The position numbers and the translations under genes were made by a program. A stretch of DNA of 64,000 bases from NCBI GenBank assembly GCA_963767735.1, contig CAVYES010000007.1:96001-160000 (forward strand), in the 5' to 3' direction. The stretch is from Candidatus Bathyarchaeota archaeon (GTDB lineage Archaea > Thermoproteota > Bathyarchaeia > Bathyarchaeales > Bathycorpusculaceae). A model generated the notes under the pieces. That model saw only the letters and a program-made list of their open reading frames with translations. It was not told where the DNA came from and made no database searches. This document shows positions 1-9,584 of this stretch, piece after piece (within the stretch, counting starts at the first letter, position 1; each line of letters begins with the position of its first letter).

Positions 1-2058
1 TTGCGCAAAAAAGAATTCACGAGCTTTGATATTGCAGCGGCAGTCAGTGAGCTAAAAGGATTAATCGCTGACTCAAGAGTGAACAACATCTACCAGCTTG
101 GCGAGAAAACATTAATTTTCAAGCTACACAAAATTAACCTTCCACCAATACGATTAGTCATGGAAGCAGGACGAAGATTACACTCGACCGTTTACGCGCA
201 GGAAAGCCCAGCTGCTCCGCCAGCATTTTGCATGTCACTAAGAAAATATTTGCGTGGAGCATGGCTATTAGGCATCGAGCAGTACGAGTTTGAAAGAATC
301 GTAACGGTGACTTTTAAGACTAAAGAAGGGCTGCTTAAGCTTGTTGTAGAACTTTTCGGCGAAGGCAACATCATCTTAACAAACGAGAAAAATATGATTT
401 TACAGGCGCTATTCTTTAAGCACATGCGTGACCGAAACATCTTGCGCAACGAAGTCTTGGTGGTTCCTCCTCCCAGCGGCAAGAACCCATTCAAAGTTTC
501 TCTACCCGAATTAGACGAAGCCCTCAAAAATGCTGGTGACGCCGAGGTTGTTAGGACAACAGCCCGTTTGTTAGGCATCGGTGGAGTTTACGCTGAAGAA
601 GTATTACTCAGAGCTAGCGTCGATAAAGCTAAGCCATGCCAAAACCTAACGGACACTGAAATTAAAGCGGTTTTTGACGTACTTCAAAATTTGCTTTCAA
701 AGATTTCCACAGGCAATTTTGAAGCCAGCATAATTCTCGACGAGGAGGGGGGCTTTTTGGATGTTGTGCCCCTCAAACTTAAGCGTTATGAAGGTTTCAA
801 AGCTCAAGTTTACAGCAGTTTTAATCAAGCACTGGACGAGTTTTATCTTCGCGTAACGACGGCTGAAAACGCGCTTGCCAGTGTTGACGTTGATCAACTA
901 AAAAAGGAAGCAGCACGGCTAAAACGTGTGGTTGCAGAACAGGAAAAATCCATAAATGAAGATGAAGCAAAAGCCGAACGGGACAAATTAATTGGAGATA
1001 CCATTTACTCTCACTTCAACGAACTGCAAACATTCCAAGACAAGATACTGAATGCAAACCGGGCAGGCAAAGACTGGGAAATAGTTATCAATGAAGCGTT
1101 AGCAGCTAAAAAAGCCGGTAGCACACCTGAAGCGTACATTCAATCCTTCGACGGGCGCAACCTCGCACTTAACCTTTGCATGGACAACTTCCAGTTCAGC
1201 TTTAAAATACGGGGATCACTTTTTGAGAATGCTAACGAATATTATGAACGGGGAAAAAAGGCGAAGCAAAAATCCGCAGGCGCATTTTCGGCATTGGAGG
1301 ATTCTAAGAGAAAGTTAGCGAAAATTGAGAGGGAGCTAAGTGCGGCGGAGGAGTTGAAAAGTCTTAAGCCAGCGGCACTTATGGAAGCGCTCGCTAAACG
1401 TAAAGTGGAGAGGGAAAATAAGGAGTGGTACGAGAAATTCCGCTGGTTCACGTCTTCCGACGGGTTCTTGGTGGTGGCTGGCAAAGACACGGTCAGCAAC
1501 GAAGTACTCGTCAAGAAGTATACTGTGCAGGAAGACGCGGTTTTTCACGCTGAAATCTCAGGTGCACCATTCGTAGTTGTTAAAGCAGAAGGTAAAACCA
1601 TAAGCGAACAAACACTTCGTGAAGCCGGCGAGTTTGCGGCGTCTTTTTCGCGTGCTTGGCGTGAAAACGCAGGTTCAGCCGATGTTTACTGGGTTAAACA
1701 AGACCAACTAAGCAAAAGCGGTCCTTCGGGCGAATCTGTTCCCCACGGCGCCTTCGCAGTTGTTGGCAAACGCAATTGGACTCGAAGTGTCCCGCTTAGA
1801 ACTGCAGTTGGCATAATCGTTAATGAGGAAACAAGCTATGTCGGCGGACCGGTAGATGCAGTGAAAGCAAAAACTAAAGCGTACATTGTTCTGGCGCCAG
1901 GTGATACTCAAGGAAAGGAGCTTTTACAGCAAATCCTTAAATCTCTAATGCTTAAACTTCCGAAGGAGCAAAGGGAGAGAGCTGGAAAAACGTCGATTGA
2001 GCAGATTAGGGAGTTTGTGCCTTACACGAAAGGAACGATAACTCAGAAAACAATGTAA
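1..2058 (+). CDS. rqcH: Ribosome quality-control protein Rqc2/RqcH (NFACT family)
   Basis: NFACT-N start (FTSFDI..V.EL..RVNNIYQ), ERIV and ELFGEGNIIL motifs, coiled coil, C-terminal NFACT-R (WYEKFRWF, GKD..SNE, FHAEISGAP). Confidence 0.9.
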   Translation: MRKKEFTSFDIAAAVSELKGLIADSRVNNIYQLGEKTLIFKLHKINLPPIRLVMEAGRRLHSTVYAQESPAAPPAFCMSLRKYLRGAWLLGIEQYEFERIVTVTFKTKEGLLKLVVELFGEGNIILTNEKNMILQALFFKHMRDRNILRNEVLVVPPPSGKNPFKVSLPELDEALKNAGDAEVVRTTARLLGIGGVYAEEVLLRASVDKAKPCQNLTDTEIKAVFDVLQNLLSKISTGNFEASIILDEEGGFLDVVPLKLKRYEGFKAQVYSSFNQALDEFYLRVTTAENALASVDVDQLKKEAARLKRVVAEQEKSINEDEAKAERDKLIGDTIYSHFNELQTFQDKILNANRAGKDWEIVINEALAAKKAGSTPEAYIQSFDGRNLALNLCMDNFQFSFKIRGSLFENANEYYERGKKAKQKSAGAFSALEDSKRKLAKIERELSAAEELKSLKPAALMEALAKRKVERENKEWYEKFRWFTSSDGFLVVAGKDTVSNEVLVKKYTVQEDAVFHAEISGAPFVVVKAEGKTISEQTLREAGEFAASFSRAWRENAGSADVYWVKQDQLSKSGPSGESVPHGAFAVVGKRNWTRSVPLRTAVGIIVNEETSYVGGPVDAVKAKTKAYIVLAPGDTQGKELLQQILKSLMLKLPKEQRERAGKTSIEQIREFVPYTKGTITQKTM

Positions 2059-2114
2059 TGACGGCCATAAAAGGAAGAAAATAAAAAGAAGGCGCTTCTA
2101 AGCGCTAATTGAGT

Positions 2115-2624
2115 TTATTTTGCTTTATTGGCTTCTGCTGTTTGGAACAGGTTCTTGACGGCTTTTTGCCTGTATTTCTGCGATAAGGTTTCTGCAGTAA
2201 CGTATGTTAATGCTTCTTCTGGGCACCATTTGACGCATTGAGGCTCTTTTGTGTCGTTGTCCGTGCAGCTGTTGCATGTGAACACGATTTTCTTGTCTGG
2301 ATGCATGTTCATTGCGCCGAATTGGCATGCGCTGATGCACCATCCGCAGCCGTTGCAAGCGTTCTCGTCCACGCGGATTATTCCACTGTTTTCTTCTTGC
2401 GAAAGCGCGTCTCTTGGGCACGCAGCAACGCAGGCAGGGTCTTCACAATGCCTACAGGTAACTGCCATGTTCAGGAGGGGTCCCATCCGCATAGCCCGTA
2501 TTCGTGATTTAGTAGGATTGAAGGTTTTCTCGTTAACCATGCTGCATGCGTATTCGCAAACGCAGCAACCTATGCATTTTTCGGGGTCAGCTGTTACGAA
2601 TTTTCTGTCTTGTGGTCGCACCAT
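2115..2624 (-). CDS. 4x[4Fe-4S] ferredoxin-like subunit (DmsB/HycB type) associated with AOR
   Basis: Four Cys clusters (CIGCCVCEYAC, CRHCEDPACVAACP, CNGCGWCISAC, CNSC...CVKWCP); ATG at 2624 just after the AOR stop. Confidence 0.85.
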   Translation of the reverse strand: MVRPQDRKFVTADPEKCIGCCVCEYACSMVNEKTFNPTKSRIRAMRMGPLLNMAVTCRHCEDPACVAACPRDALSQEENSGIIRVDENACNGCGWCISACQFGAMNMHPDKKIVFTCNSCTDNDTKEPQCVKWCPEEALTYVTAETLSQKYRQKAVKNLFQTAEANKAK

Positions 2625-2625
2625 A

Positions 2626-4545
2626 CTAGTTTCCTCCTTGAGCCACTGCTTGTTGAGCAACTTGAGGTTTAGCTTCTTGAGCAGCTTTCATTGCGTTCTC
2701 GGCAATGTAGGCTAAGTCGCCTAATCCTACCTGTTGTAAGCGTTCAACTGTTGGAATACCGTCAGCTGTCCATCCTCTTGAAGCGTAATAGTCATCTAAG
2801 CCAACAGCCATTTCTTCGTCATTAACGCAGACGCCTTTGGCTGGTCCTTCATCTGGCACTGGGAAATTCTTTATTTTGTAGGGTACATCGTCGTATTTTC
2901 TTGTGCCTTTGCCTTCTCGGATATTGAAGAGTCTGGCTAAGTTTTCGATTCTGTCGCCGTCTTTAATCATTTCTTCAGGTGTAATCGGTATACCTGTTGC
3001 AAGCGTGTAATAGTTGGTTAGGTCTTTCCATCCGTCGTAGTATGTGCCTCTGCTGAACTTGCAGACGATGAGTGAGTCAATGATGTTGTACATGTAGCTT
3101 TCTTCAGTGATCATTTTGCCTCTGCCTTTCTCAATCTTGAAGCGGTTAACTTTGCCTTTAACGTCAGGTGAGTAAGCGCCGTTTCTGAGGTGGCATGCTC
3201 CGCGGAACGAGACACTGAAGCCTAGTGCGGCTGTCTTTAAGGTTCTTAAGTCGTAGCCCGGTAGTTCTAAGCCTTTGATGTGGCAGGCGTACTTGTATGC
3301 GTCTCCGCCGATTAAGTCTGCAGCTTTTGCTACACCTTCCGCAAGGATATTGCCAAGCCAGCCTTCGCGTTTACCAATCTTGTGGATTTCAGCAATCAAT
3401 GCTTCTGCATTGCCGAATTTGAGGTCGATGCCGTCTGTTTGTTCCTTTGTGATTATACCGTGCTCATAGAGGTCCATTGCGAACGCTACTACGACTCCGA
3501 TGGATATGCCGTCCATGCCGTACTCGTTTACAATGCGCATTGCTTCAATAACTGCGTCTAACCTGTCGATGCCGCAGAGAGGTCCCATGCTCCAAAGACA
3601 CTCGAACTCCAATCGTGAAGTTGAGCCCTTGTAGGGTCCCTCTGGAACAACACCGATATGGTCACAACGCATACCGCAAGTTGCGCATCCGACAATTTTC
3701 TTAACATAATGCTCGTTAAAGTATTCGCCGCTGACTTTGTCGGCGCCTTCAAAAGTTGCGTTCGTCCAGTTCCTCGTTGCTAATGCTGAAAGAGAGTTGA
3801 GAACAAGAACGTTTTCGGGTGTTCCCAAGGTTTTATATTTCTTGGTCGATGGACCTTTCATGCGTTCATAAATCATTTTAACGAATTCTTTGAAGCCATC
3901 AAGGTTTGCAACGTTAACGTCATGTGTTCCCCGAACTGCAACTGCTTTGAGATTTTTAGAGCCCATGACTGCGCCCATGCCGCTTCTTCCAATGGCACGG
4001 AACTCATCATTTATGATTGCCGCAAACCTGCAAAGTTTCTCACCAGCTTCGCCGATGGCTGAAACGCGGATATAAAAGTCGCCGAGTTCAGCTCGGATTT
4101 TATCGTCGGTTTCCTTAACTGTAGCGTTCTTTAGATACTCCGCATTTCGGATTTCAACTTTGTCATCGTCAAGCCAAAGGTAAGATAGTTTCGGCGCTTT
4201 ACCAGTTATGATAACAGCATCGTAGCCTGCACGTTTCAGGTCTGGACCAAAGAAGCCGTGGGCTTCAGCATTGCCGATACCGCCAGTGGCGGGAGATTTG
4301 GATACGACGGCGTAGCTGTTTCCACCTGTTGGTCCCATGGTGCCGCTTAGTGGACCTGTTAAATAGATAATTGGGTTATCAGGGTCAAAAGGGTCAGTTC
4401 CCGGTTTTGAATTGTCAAAAAGTAAGCGAATGCCTAAGCCTATCCCGCCGATGTAATCTTTCGCCATCTGTTCTGATAGTGGCTCGGTTTTTATTTCTCC
4501 TGTTGTGAGGTTAACATGTAAAATTTTTCCTGCATAAGCAAACAT
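2626..4545 (-). CDS. aor: Tungsten-dependent aldehyde:ferredoxin oxidoreductase family protein
   Basis: YAGKILHVNLT start, YIGGIGLG, KSPATGG, GRSGMGAVMGSKNLKAVAVRG, CATCGMRC, GACH, YYASRGW. Confidence 0.92.
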   Translation of the reverse strand: MFAYAGKILHVNLTTGEIKTEPLSEQMAKDYIGGIGLGIRLLFDNSKPGTDPFDPDNPIIYLTGPLSGTMGPTGGNSYAVVSKSPATGGIGNAEAHGFFGPDLKRAGYDAVIITGKAPKLSYLWLDDDKVEIRNAEYLKNATVKETDDKIRAELGDFYIRVSAIGEAGEKLCRFAAIINDEFRAIGRSGMGAVMGSKNLKAVAVRGTHDVNVANLDGFKEFVKMIYERMKGPSTKKYKTLGTPENVLVLNSLSALATRNWTNATFEGADKVSGEYFNEHYVKKIVGCATCGMRCDHIGVVPEGPYKGSTSRLEFECLWSMGPLCGIDRLDAVIEAMRIVNEYGMDGISIGVVVAFAMDLYEHGIITKEQTDGIDLKFGNAEALIAEIHKIGKREGWLGNILAEGVAKAADLIGGDAYKYACHIKGLELPGYDLRTLKTAALGFSVSFRGACHLRNGAYSPDVKGKVNRFKIEKGRGKMITEESYMYNIIDSLIVCKFSRGTYYDGWKDLTNYYTLATGIPITPEEMIKDGDRIENLARLFNIREGKGTRKYDDVPYKIKNFPVPDEGPAKGVCVNDEEMAVGLDDYYASRGWTADGIPTVERLQQVGLGDLAYIAENAMKAAQEAKPQVAQQAVAQGGN

Positions 4546-4734
4546 GCATTTTTTCCCTCAATTCTACTATGGGAATTCAATTGAAAAGTATATTAAGTTA
4601 ATGGCTGATTTGTTTAAATTTTCACGGTTAAATCCGACTTGTTTTAACTTGCATAACGCAAAAATAAAGCGAAAACTTAAACCGAGTAAAAATCATTCCC
4701 TGTGTTTAGGGGCGAAAAAATTTGAACAAAATAA

Positions 4735-5796
4735 ATGCTCTCAAGCAATCAGCATTTAAAGACGGAAAATTTGAGTTTTTTCCTAATTTTTAACAGTTTT
4801 AACTTAACGTACTTCACTGGTTTTTCAGGAGCCGCGGCACTGGCAATCCCCGAACAAGGGGAAAACGTCCTATATGTTGCAGGAGTCAACTACGAGCAAG
4901 CTAAAGCAGAAACTAACGGGTTAACAGTGGAGCTTCTAAAGCGAGGCGAAAACCTAATGGAAAAAATCGCCAACCAAACAGTCCCCAAGAAACCAAGCAA
5001 ATTTGCCGTGGACACTGTGCCAATTGAAAGTTGGCGTGCCCTTGCCAAAGCATTCGGCGGCGAAGAAAAACTCGAGCCAGCTAACAATGTAATCCGTGAG
5101 ATGCGAAAAATCAAAGATAAAGAAGAAATCCAGAGAGTCCGTGAAGCCTGCAATTTATCAAGTATAGGTATGCAAGTAGCGTTTGAAATCATTAGGCCAG
5201 GAGTAAAAGAGAAGCAAGTAGCAGCAGAAATCGAGTATGCCATGCGCAAGAAAGGCTCAGACGGAACCAGCTTTGACACCATTATCGCTTCAGGCGCTGC
5301 CTCAGCTTTTCCTCATGGCTCCTGCTCAGACAGAACAATCCGAGAAGGCGACTTGGTAGTGGTGGATTTAGGCGCAACCTACAACCTCTACCGCTCAGAC
5401 ATGACCCGAACCTTCACAGCTGGAAAGCCCTCCGAAAAACAAAACAAAATCTACGAAACGGTAAAGCTTGCGCATCAAAAAGCCTTCCAAACCATAAAAC
5501 CCAACATTCCAGCCAAAGAAGTTGACGCTGCAGCTAGGCAGACAATAGAAGCAGGTGGTTATGGCGAGTTTTTTGTTCACAACCTTGGCCACGGTGTTGG
5601 CTTGGAAATTCATGAAGCACCCACAGTAAGCCCTGACAGTAAAGACATCTTGAGCACTGGCAATGTGATCACGGATGAACCAGGAATTTACTTGCCAGGT
5701 TATGGCGGAGTCAGAATCGAAGACACCGTTCTAGTCACGCGCGATGGAGTTGAGAAACTTACCATTGGAGCCTACTCGTTAGGACCCAAGCTTTAA
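4735..5796 (+). CDS. Xaa-Pro peptidase (M24 family)
   Basis: PHG, DLGA...SDMTRT, HNLGHGVGLEIHE, EPGIY, GVRIED motifs. Confidence 0.9.
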   Translation: MLSSNQHLKTENLSFFLIFNSFNLTYFTGFSGAAALAIPEQGENVLYVAGVNYEQAKAETNGLTVELLKRGENLMEKIANQTVPKKPSKFAVDTVPIESWRALAKAFGGEEKLEPANNVIREMRKIKDKEEIQRVREACNLSSIGMQVAFEIIRPGVKEKQVAAEIEYAMRKKGSDGTSFDTIIASGAASAFPHGSCSDRTIREGDLVVVDLGATYNLYRSDMTRTFTAGKPSEKQNKIYETVKLAHQKAFQTIKPNIPAKEVDAAARQTIEAGGYGEFFVHNLGHGVGLEIHEAPTVSPDSKDILSTGNVITDEPGIYLPGYGGVRIEDTVLVTRDGVEKLTIGAYSLGPKL

Positions 5797-5833
5797 GGTA
5801 AAACTAAATAGCTTGTTCGTGCGTTTTGTCTAG

Positions 5834-6412
5834 TTGAGAGTGAAATTTTTGGATAACCCAGCAATCATACTTGTCGACATGTTAAACGACTTCGTCACTG
5901 GGACATTAGAAGTTAAACGGGCCAAAGCCGTTATTCCGCCGCTTCAGAGGCTTGTTGTTGCTGCTCGCAAAAACGATGTGCCCGTCATCTACAGCAACGA
6001 CGCACACTACCCCCAAGACGTTGAAGTAACGCGGAAATGGGGCAACCATGCCATAAAAGGCACACTTGGTGCACAGGTTATTGCTGAGCTCAAACCTGAA
6101 GAAGGCAAGGATTACGTTGTGGAGAAGCGCACTTACAGCGGCTTTTATGAGACAGGCTTAGACCCACTTCTGCGAAGCCTCTACAAGGGTGAAGGCGTAA
6201 GAACGGTGGTTTTAGGTGGGTTGCATACGCACATGTGCGTGCGTCATACTGCCGCTGATGCTTTCTTCAGGGGCTACCACATAGTTGTCGCCAGCGACGG
6301 TGTAGAAGCTTTCACAAAAGAGGACCAAGAGCAAGGGCTAAAGTACCTTGAGAACGTTTACAACGCCAAGATAATGACTGTTGACGAAGTAATCAGAGAA
6401 ATAGTAAGGTGA
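5834..6412 (+). CDS. Isochorismatase-family cysteine hydrolase (nicotinamidase-like)
   Basis: ILVDMLNDF, KRTYSGFYET, GLHTHMCV catalytic motifs. Confidence 0.88.
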   Translation: MRVKFLDNPAIILVDMLNDFVTGTLEVKRAKAVIPPLQRLVVAARKNDVPVIYSNDAHYPQDVEVTRKWGNHAIKGTLGAQVIAELKPEEGKDYVVEKRTYSGFYETGLDPLLRSLYKGEGVRTVVLGGLHTHMCVRHTAADAFFRGYHIVVASDGVEAFTKEDQEQGLKYLENVYNAKIMTVDEVIREIVR

Positions 6413-6666
6413 ATGCGCTGAGAAAGCCGCGGTTTGGCTGGAATTTTGTTCTTGATGTTCTGTTTGCTTTTTTTTGTTCAGAATCCTATTCGTTTGCGAG
6501 CTGCGACCCTAAACGGCCCAAAATGACCCTGTTCGACCCGTTCCGACCTTTCCCGCTCCAATTCGACTAGCAGTAAATGTATTTTGGAGCTGTTCTTCTT
6601 GAGAACACTTTGGAACATCTGTGTTCTTGAGAGAGAATTATTAGGCGCTTTGAGGTTGCTAGAGCG

Positions 6667-7539
6667 GTGAAAAACCAAATGATCGAAAAGAAACTGATAC
6701 TATGCGCAATACTCGCCATAGCAATAGGAATAGCAACAATCGTGCCAGTACAATACATGATGGCTGCCCAAGCGCAAGCAAACACTCAAACTGCCCAAGC
6801 GCAAGCAAACACTCAAACTGCCCAAGCGCAAGCACAAGCCCAAATCCAAGCCAACGCTCAGGCAACGTTGGCTCCATGGTTCAACGTTAGCATCCCATAC
6901 ATCTACGTCAACCTTGACCAAAGCGGCGGAAACAACACAATGACATGGGACGGAGCTATGATTCAAGGAATCGCAAACTTCACTTTTACCCCTCAAGCCT
7001 TCGCCCTCAACAACACAGATGCCAGAATAGAGTTCTACCAATTCCAAGTCTCATCTGACCAAGGACCAATCCTAAACATGACCTACAGCATTGCGGTAAG
7101 CAAAACAGAGTATAACGTCTCTGGACTCCCAGGCGGCGTATACACAGCAATCACTGGGTCAGGAGCCAACTCGTTCATCTTCGCAGACGGAACCATCTAC
7201 AGAGCACCCGTCAACGGCGATTGCATGGGAGGCATGGTTCTATACAGCAGCCCAGCCATTGGAAACTATACCTGCGCAGTTCTAAGCGACTACATTGCCA
7301 GTTATAACGGAAATAATGCTCCAGCAGCAATTGCTGAACTAAGAAACGCTCAAAACCTATACATCGATGTAACCAGAGCATTCTCAGTCTCGTTTGAAGG
7401 CAACGCAACCACAGCCACCACAACTACGATGACAAGCAACCAAGTCCTGCAGCACATAGAGCTAACGAAAATAGACGGCGGCTTTGTGTACGGAACCTAT
7501 ATTCAAGGAACCGTACCATTCCCAATGGAGACACCATAG
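6667..7539 (+). CDS. Hypothetical secreted/membrane-anchored protein with Gln/Ala-rich repeat
   Basis: N-terminal hydrophobic helix, AQAQANTQT repeats, Thr/Asn-rich body. Confidence 0.7.
   Translation: MKNQMIEKKLILCAILAIAIGIATIVPVQYMMAAQAQANTQTAQAQANTQTAQAQAQAQIQANAQATLAPWFNVSIPYIYVNLDQSGGNNTMTWDGAMIQGIANFTFTPQAFALNNTDARIEFYQFQVSSDQGPILNMTYSIAVSKTEYNVSGLPGGVYTAITGSGANSFIFADGTIYRAPVNGDCMGGMVLYSSPAIGNYTCAVLSDYIASYNGNNAPAAIAELRNAQNLYIDVTRAFSVSFEGNATTATTTTMTSNQVLQHIELTKIDGGFVYGTYIQGTVPFPMETP
6764..6834 (+). repeat. 27-bp in-frame tandem repeat (~2.6 copies)
   Basis: ctgcccaagcgcaagcaaacactcaaa at 6764 and 6791, partial copy at 6818. Confidence 0.95.
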
Positions 7540-7561
7540 AATTGCTCAGGTTGCGGCAAAC

Positions 7562-8014
7562 TTGGCTAATGAAGAACTTGAAGGCAACACATTAACCGTC
7601 TATGCCTACATAGTCCACGTTGCAAAGCCAGTGGGAACAAGAGACGTTACCAGAGGCGCAAATCTAAGTAGTACAAGCGTTGCATTCAGGCACTTGCAAA
7701 AACTGGAATCCTGGGGATTAATCGAGAAAAATGAATATGGCGACTACATTCTAAAGGAGAAAACAAGCATCAACGGACACGTCTGGGTCGGCAAAAACCT
7801 CGTGCCCCGATTGATGTTTTACTCCTTCTTTTTTCTAGGCGCTTTCGCCGCCGAGATATCATTAATAATGTTAAGCTTTCTAATAAAAGATATTGTGATC
7901 CAGGTCAGCTTTCTTTTCTTAACAGGCATGACTGCGGTGGCAATGATTCTTTTCTTAGTCGAAGGAATACTGCTATACAGAAAATTTAACCAGAACCATA
8001 CAAACAACAATTAA
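7562..8014 (+). CDS. Winged-helix protein with two C-terminal TM helices (membrane-anchored regulator)
   Basis: GNTLTVYAYI...GTRDVTRGANLSSTSVAFRHLQKLESWGLIEK HTH pattern followed by two hydrophobic segments; TTG start at 7562 inferred. Confidence 0.7.
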   Translation: MANEELEGNTLTVYAYIVHVAKPVGTRDVTRGANLSSTSVAFRHLQKLESWGLIEKNEYGDYILKEKTSINGHVWVGKNLVPRLMFYSFFFLGAFAAEISLIMLSFLIKDIVIQVSFLFLTGMTAVAMILFLVEGILLYRKFNQNHTNNN

Positions 8015-8535
8015 GCTTCGGGATGTTTTTCATGATAGATTCTACTGTGAATGTACAGTGAGGCAGCTCCGATTATTAGTGCAATGAGGCTACCGATAAA
8101 AAGTGGGAAGACAAGCAAGTTCCCGTAGGTTGCGATTTCTGCCTGCCATGGCCATGGATACCCTTGACTGAATAGAGGCCATGCGCCTATCACTTGATAG
8201 GTAAATCCGAGCGCGGTTACCAATATCGCGGCGTTTTCTTTATTGTCAACTCTTTCCGGTTGAATGTCCCTTATGCAGTAAACGCTTAGAATCAAGGTTC
8301 CAATCAGGCTGATAATTAGAAGGATGGGAATAGTAAAACGCCATTCGGGCAAATAAAAACTGAAAAAGGGCATTATAACCTGCCAATGAAGCAAAACAGC
8401 ATACATATTTGGCATAACAAACCATAAGTCAGCTACACCAAAAAAAATCAGCAACAAGCCGATTGAGAACTGATGGCGCTTGACAAAATTGGTCACGGCG
8501 TAACCTTGATTTGTTTGATCCAGAGTATGATTCAC
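8011..8535 (-). CDS. Hypothetical 4-TM membrane protein
   Basis: 174-aa ORF with four hydrophobic stretches. Confidence 0.6.
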   Translation of the reverse strand: MNHTLDQTNQGYAVTNFVKRHQFSIGLLLIFFGVADLWFVMPNMYAVLLHWQVIMPFFSFYLPEWRFTIPILLIISLIGTLILSVYCIRDIQPERVDNKENAAILVTALGFTYQVIGAWPLFSQGYPWPWQAEIATYGNLLVFPLFIGSLIALIIGAASLYIHSRIYHEKHPEA

Positions 8536-8565
8536 CCATTATGCGTAATGCTGTCTAAATTTTAG

Positions 8566-8642
8566 TGGTGGGCCCGAGGAGATTTGAACTCCTGACCAAC
8601 AGATTATGAGTCTGGCGCTCTACCTAACTGAGCTACGGGCCC
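8566..8642 (-). tRNA. tRNA with CAT anticodon, most likely tRNA-Ile2 (agmatidine-modified) rather than Met
   Basis: Reverse complement GGGCCCGTAGCTCAGTTAGGTAGAGCGCCAGACTCATAATCTGTTGGTCAGGAGTTCAAATCTCCTCGGGCCCACCA; GGGCCC acceptor stem typical of archaeal Ile tRNAs; encoded CCA; no intron. Confidence 0.9.
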
Positions 8643-8719
8643 GCACCGCTTTCTCTAAATATTGCTGTTTCATACTACATTTAAACATTTTCCGCATTTT
8701 CGCTAATCAACCTAACGGT

Positions 8720-9580
8720 TCAACGCTGTGTTCGCTCATAATGGAAGAGGTACTCTTGGGCATAACCAGCGTACCGTCCAAAGTAGCTTCTTCCGAAAGC
8801 GTTGAGCTTTTCGTATTCGCCGTTGGTTAAAGAATCGTGGCTTAAGAGTTTTTTAACGAGCGCTTCCGGAAGCTGATTTGCATAGTGGTTTAGGATTACG
8901 CGTTTGACCCAAACGTCCACTGGGAGAGCCTCCATTTTTTCAAGCGAAAAAAGCAGGACACAATCAGCAACTTTCAATCCAACGCCTGGAAACTCCACAA
9001 GTTTTTTTCGGGCTTCAAGGTATGGCATCGCCTTTAAGCTTTCAAGGTCAAATTTTTCTTCGAAGATTTTTTTTGCGGTCGCCTGCACATACTTAGCCCT
9101 GTAGCCTAAACCGCACTCCTGCAACCCGTTTTCGCTTGCCAAAGCAAGCCTTTGCACGCTCGGAAAAAAGTAAAAATCTAATCCGTCAAAAACCCTTTTT
9201 TCACCAAACTTCAAGGAAATCTTGCTCAGCATCTGTTGTATTGCTGCAATGTTCTTGTAGGTTGCGCAGATAAAGCTGATAAGGCATTCCCAAGGCTCCT
9301 GCCTAACAATCCGCAACCCCTCAAAACGGTGCAGAGCCGCCTTAACGTAATCGTCTCTGCCTATGCAACGGGTGATTAGTTCTAAATCATCGTTTAAACC
9401 AAAATAGCATTTCACAAACTCGCCAGTTACGCCGTTAAACTCCAATTCGGAGCCGTATTGGCGAATCTTAAAGACATTTTCGCCGACAACGCCGTACCAC
9501 CATTCACCAATCTTTTTCCACCTGAAAACTTGCCCGCAGCAAACGGAAAGATCCAAATCGAAAGGAACATCAAGGTGCAT
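8720..9580 (-). CDS. ogg1: 8-oxoguanine DNA glycosylase (Ogg1 family, HhH-GPD)
   Basis: CGQVFRW, EPWECLISFI, GLGYRAKY, FPGVGLKVADCV, PVDVW, AGYAQEYLF. Confidence 0.88.
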   Translation of the reverse strand: MHLDVPFDLDLSVCCGQVFRWKKIGEWWYGVVGENVFKIRQYGSELEFNGVTGEFVKCYFGLNDDLELITRCIGRDDYVKAALHRFEGLRIVRQEPWECLISFICATYKNIAAIQQMLSKISLKFGEKRVFDGLDFYFFPSVQRLALASENGLQECGLGYRAKYVQATAKKIFEEKFDLESLKAMPYLEARKKLVEFPGVGLKVADCVLLFSLEKMEALPVDVWVKRVILNHYANQLPEALVKKLLSHDSLTNGEYEKLNAFGRSYFGRYAGYAQEYLFHYERTQR

Positions 9581-9584
9581 GAGG

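Noticed and set aside
8566-8642. Initiator or elongator tRNA-Met, or an integration site
   Set aside because: It lacks the A1-U72 pair and three G-C anticodon pairs of initiators, the acceptor stem is Ile-like, and I saw no duplicated 3' end nearby.
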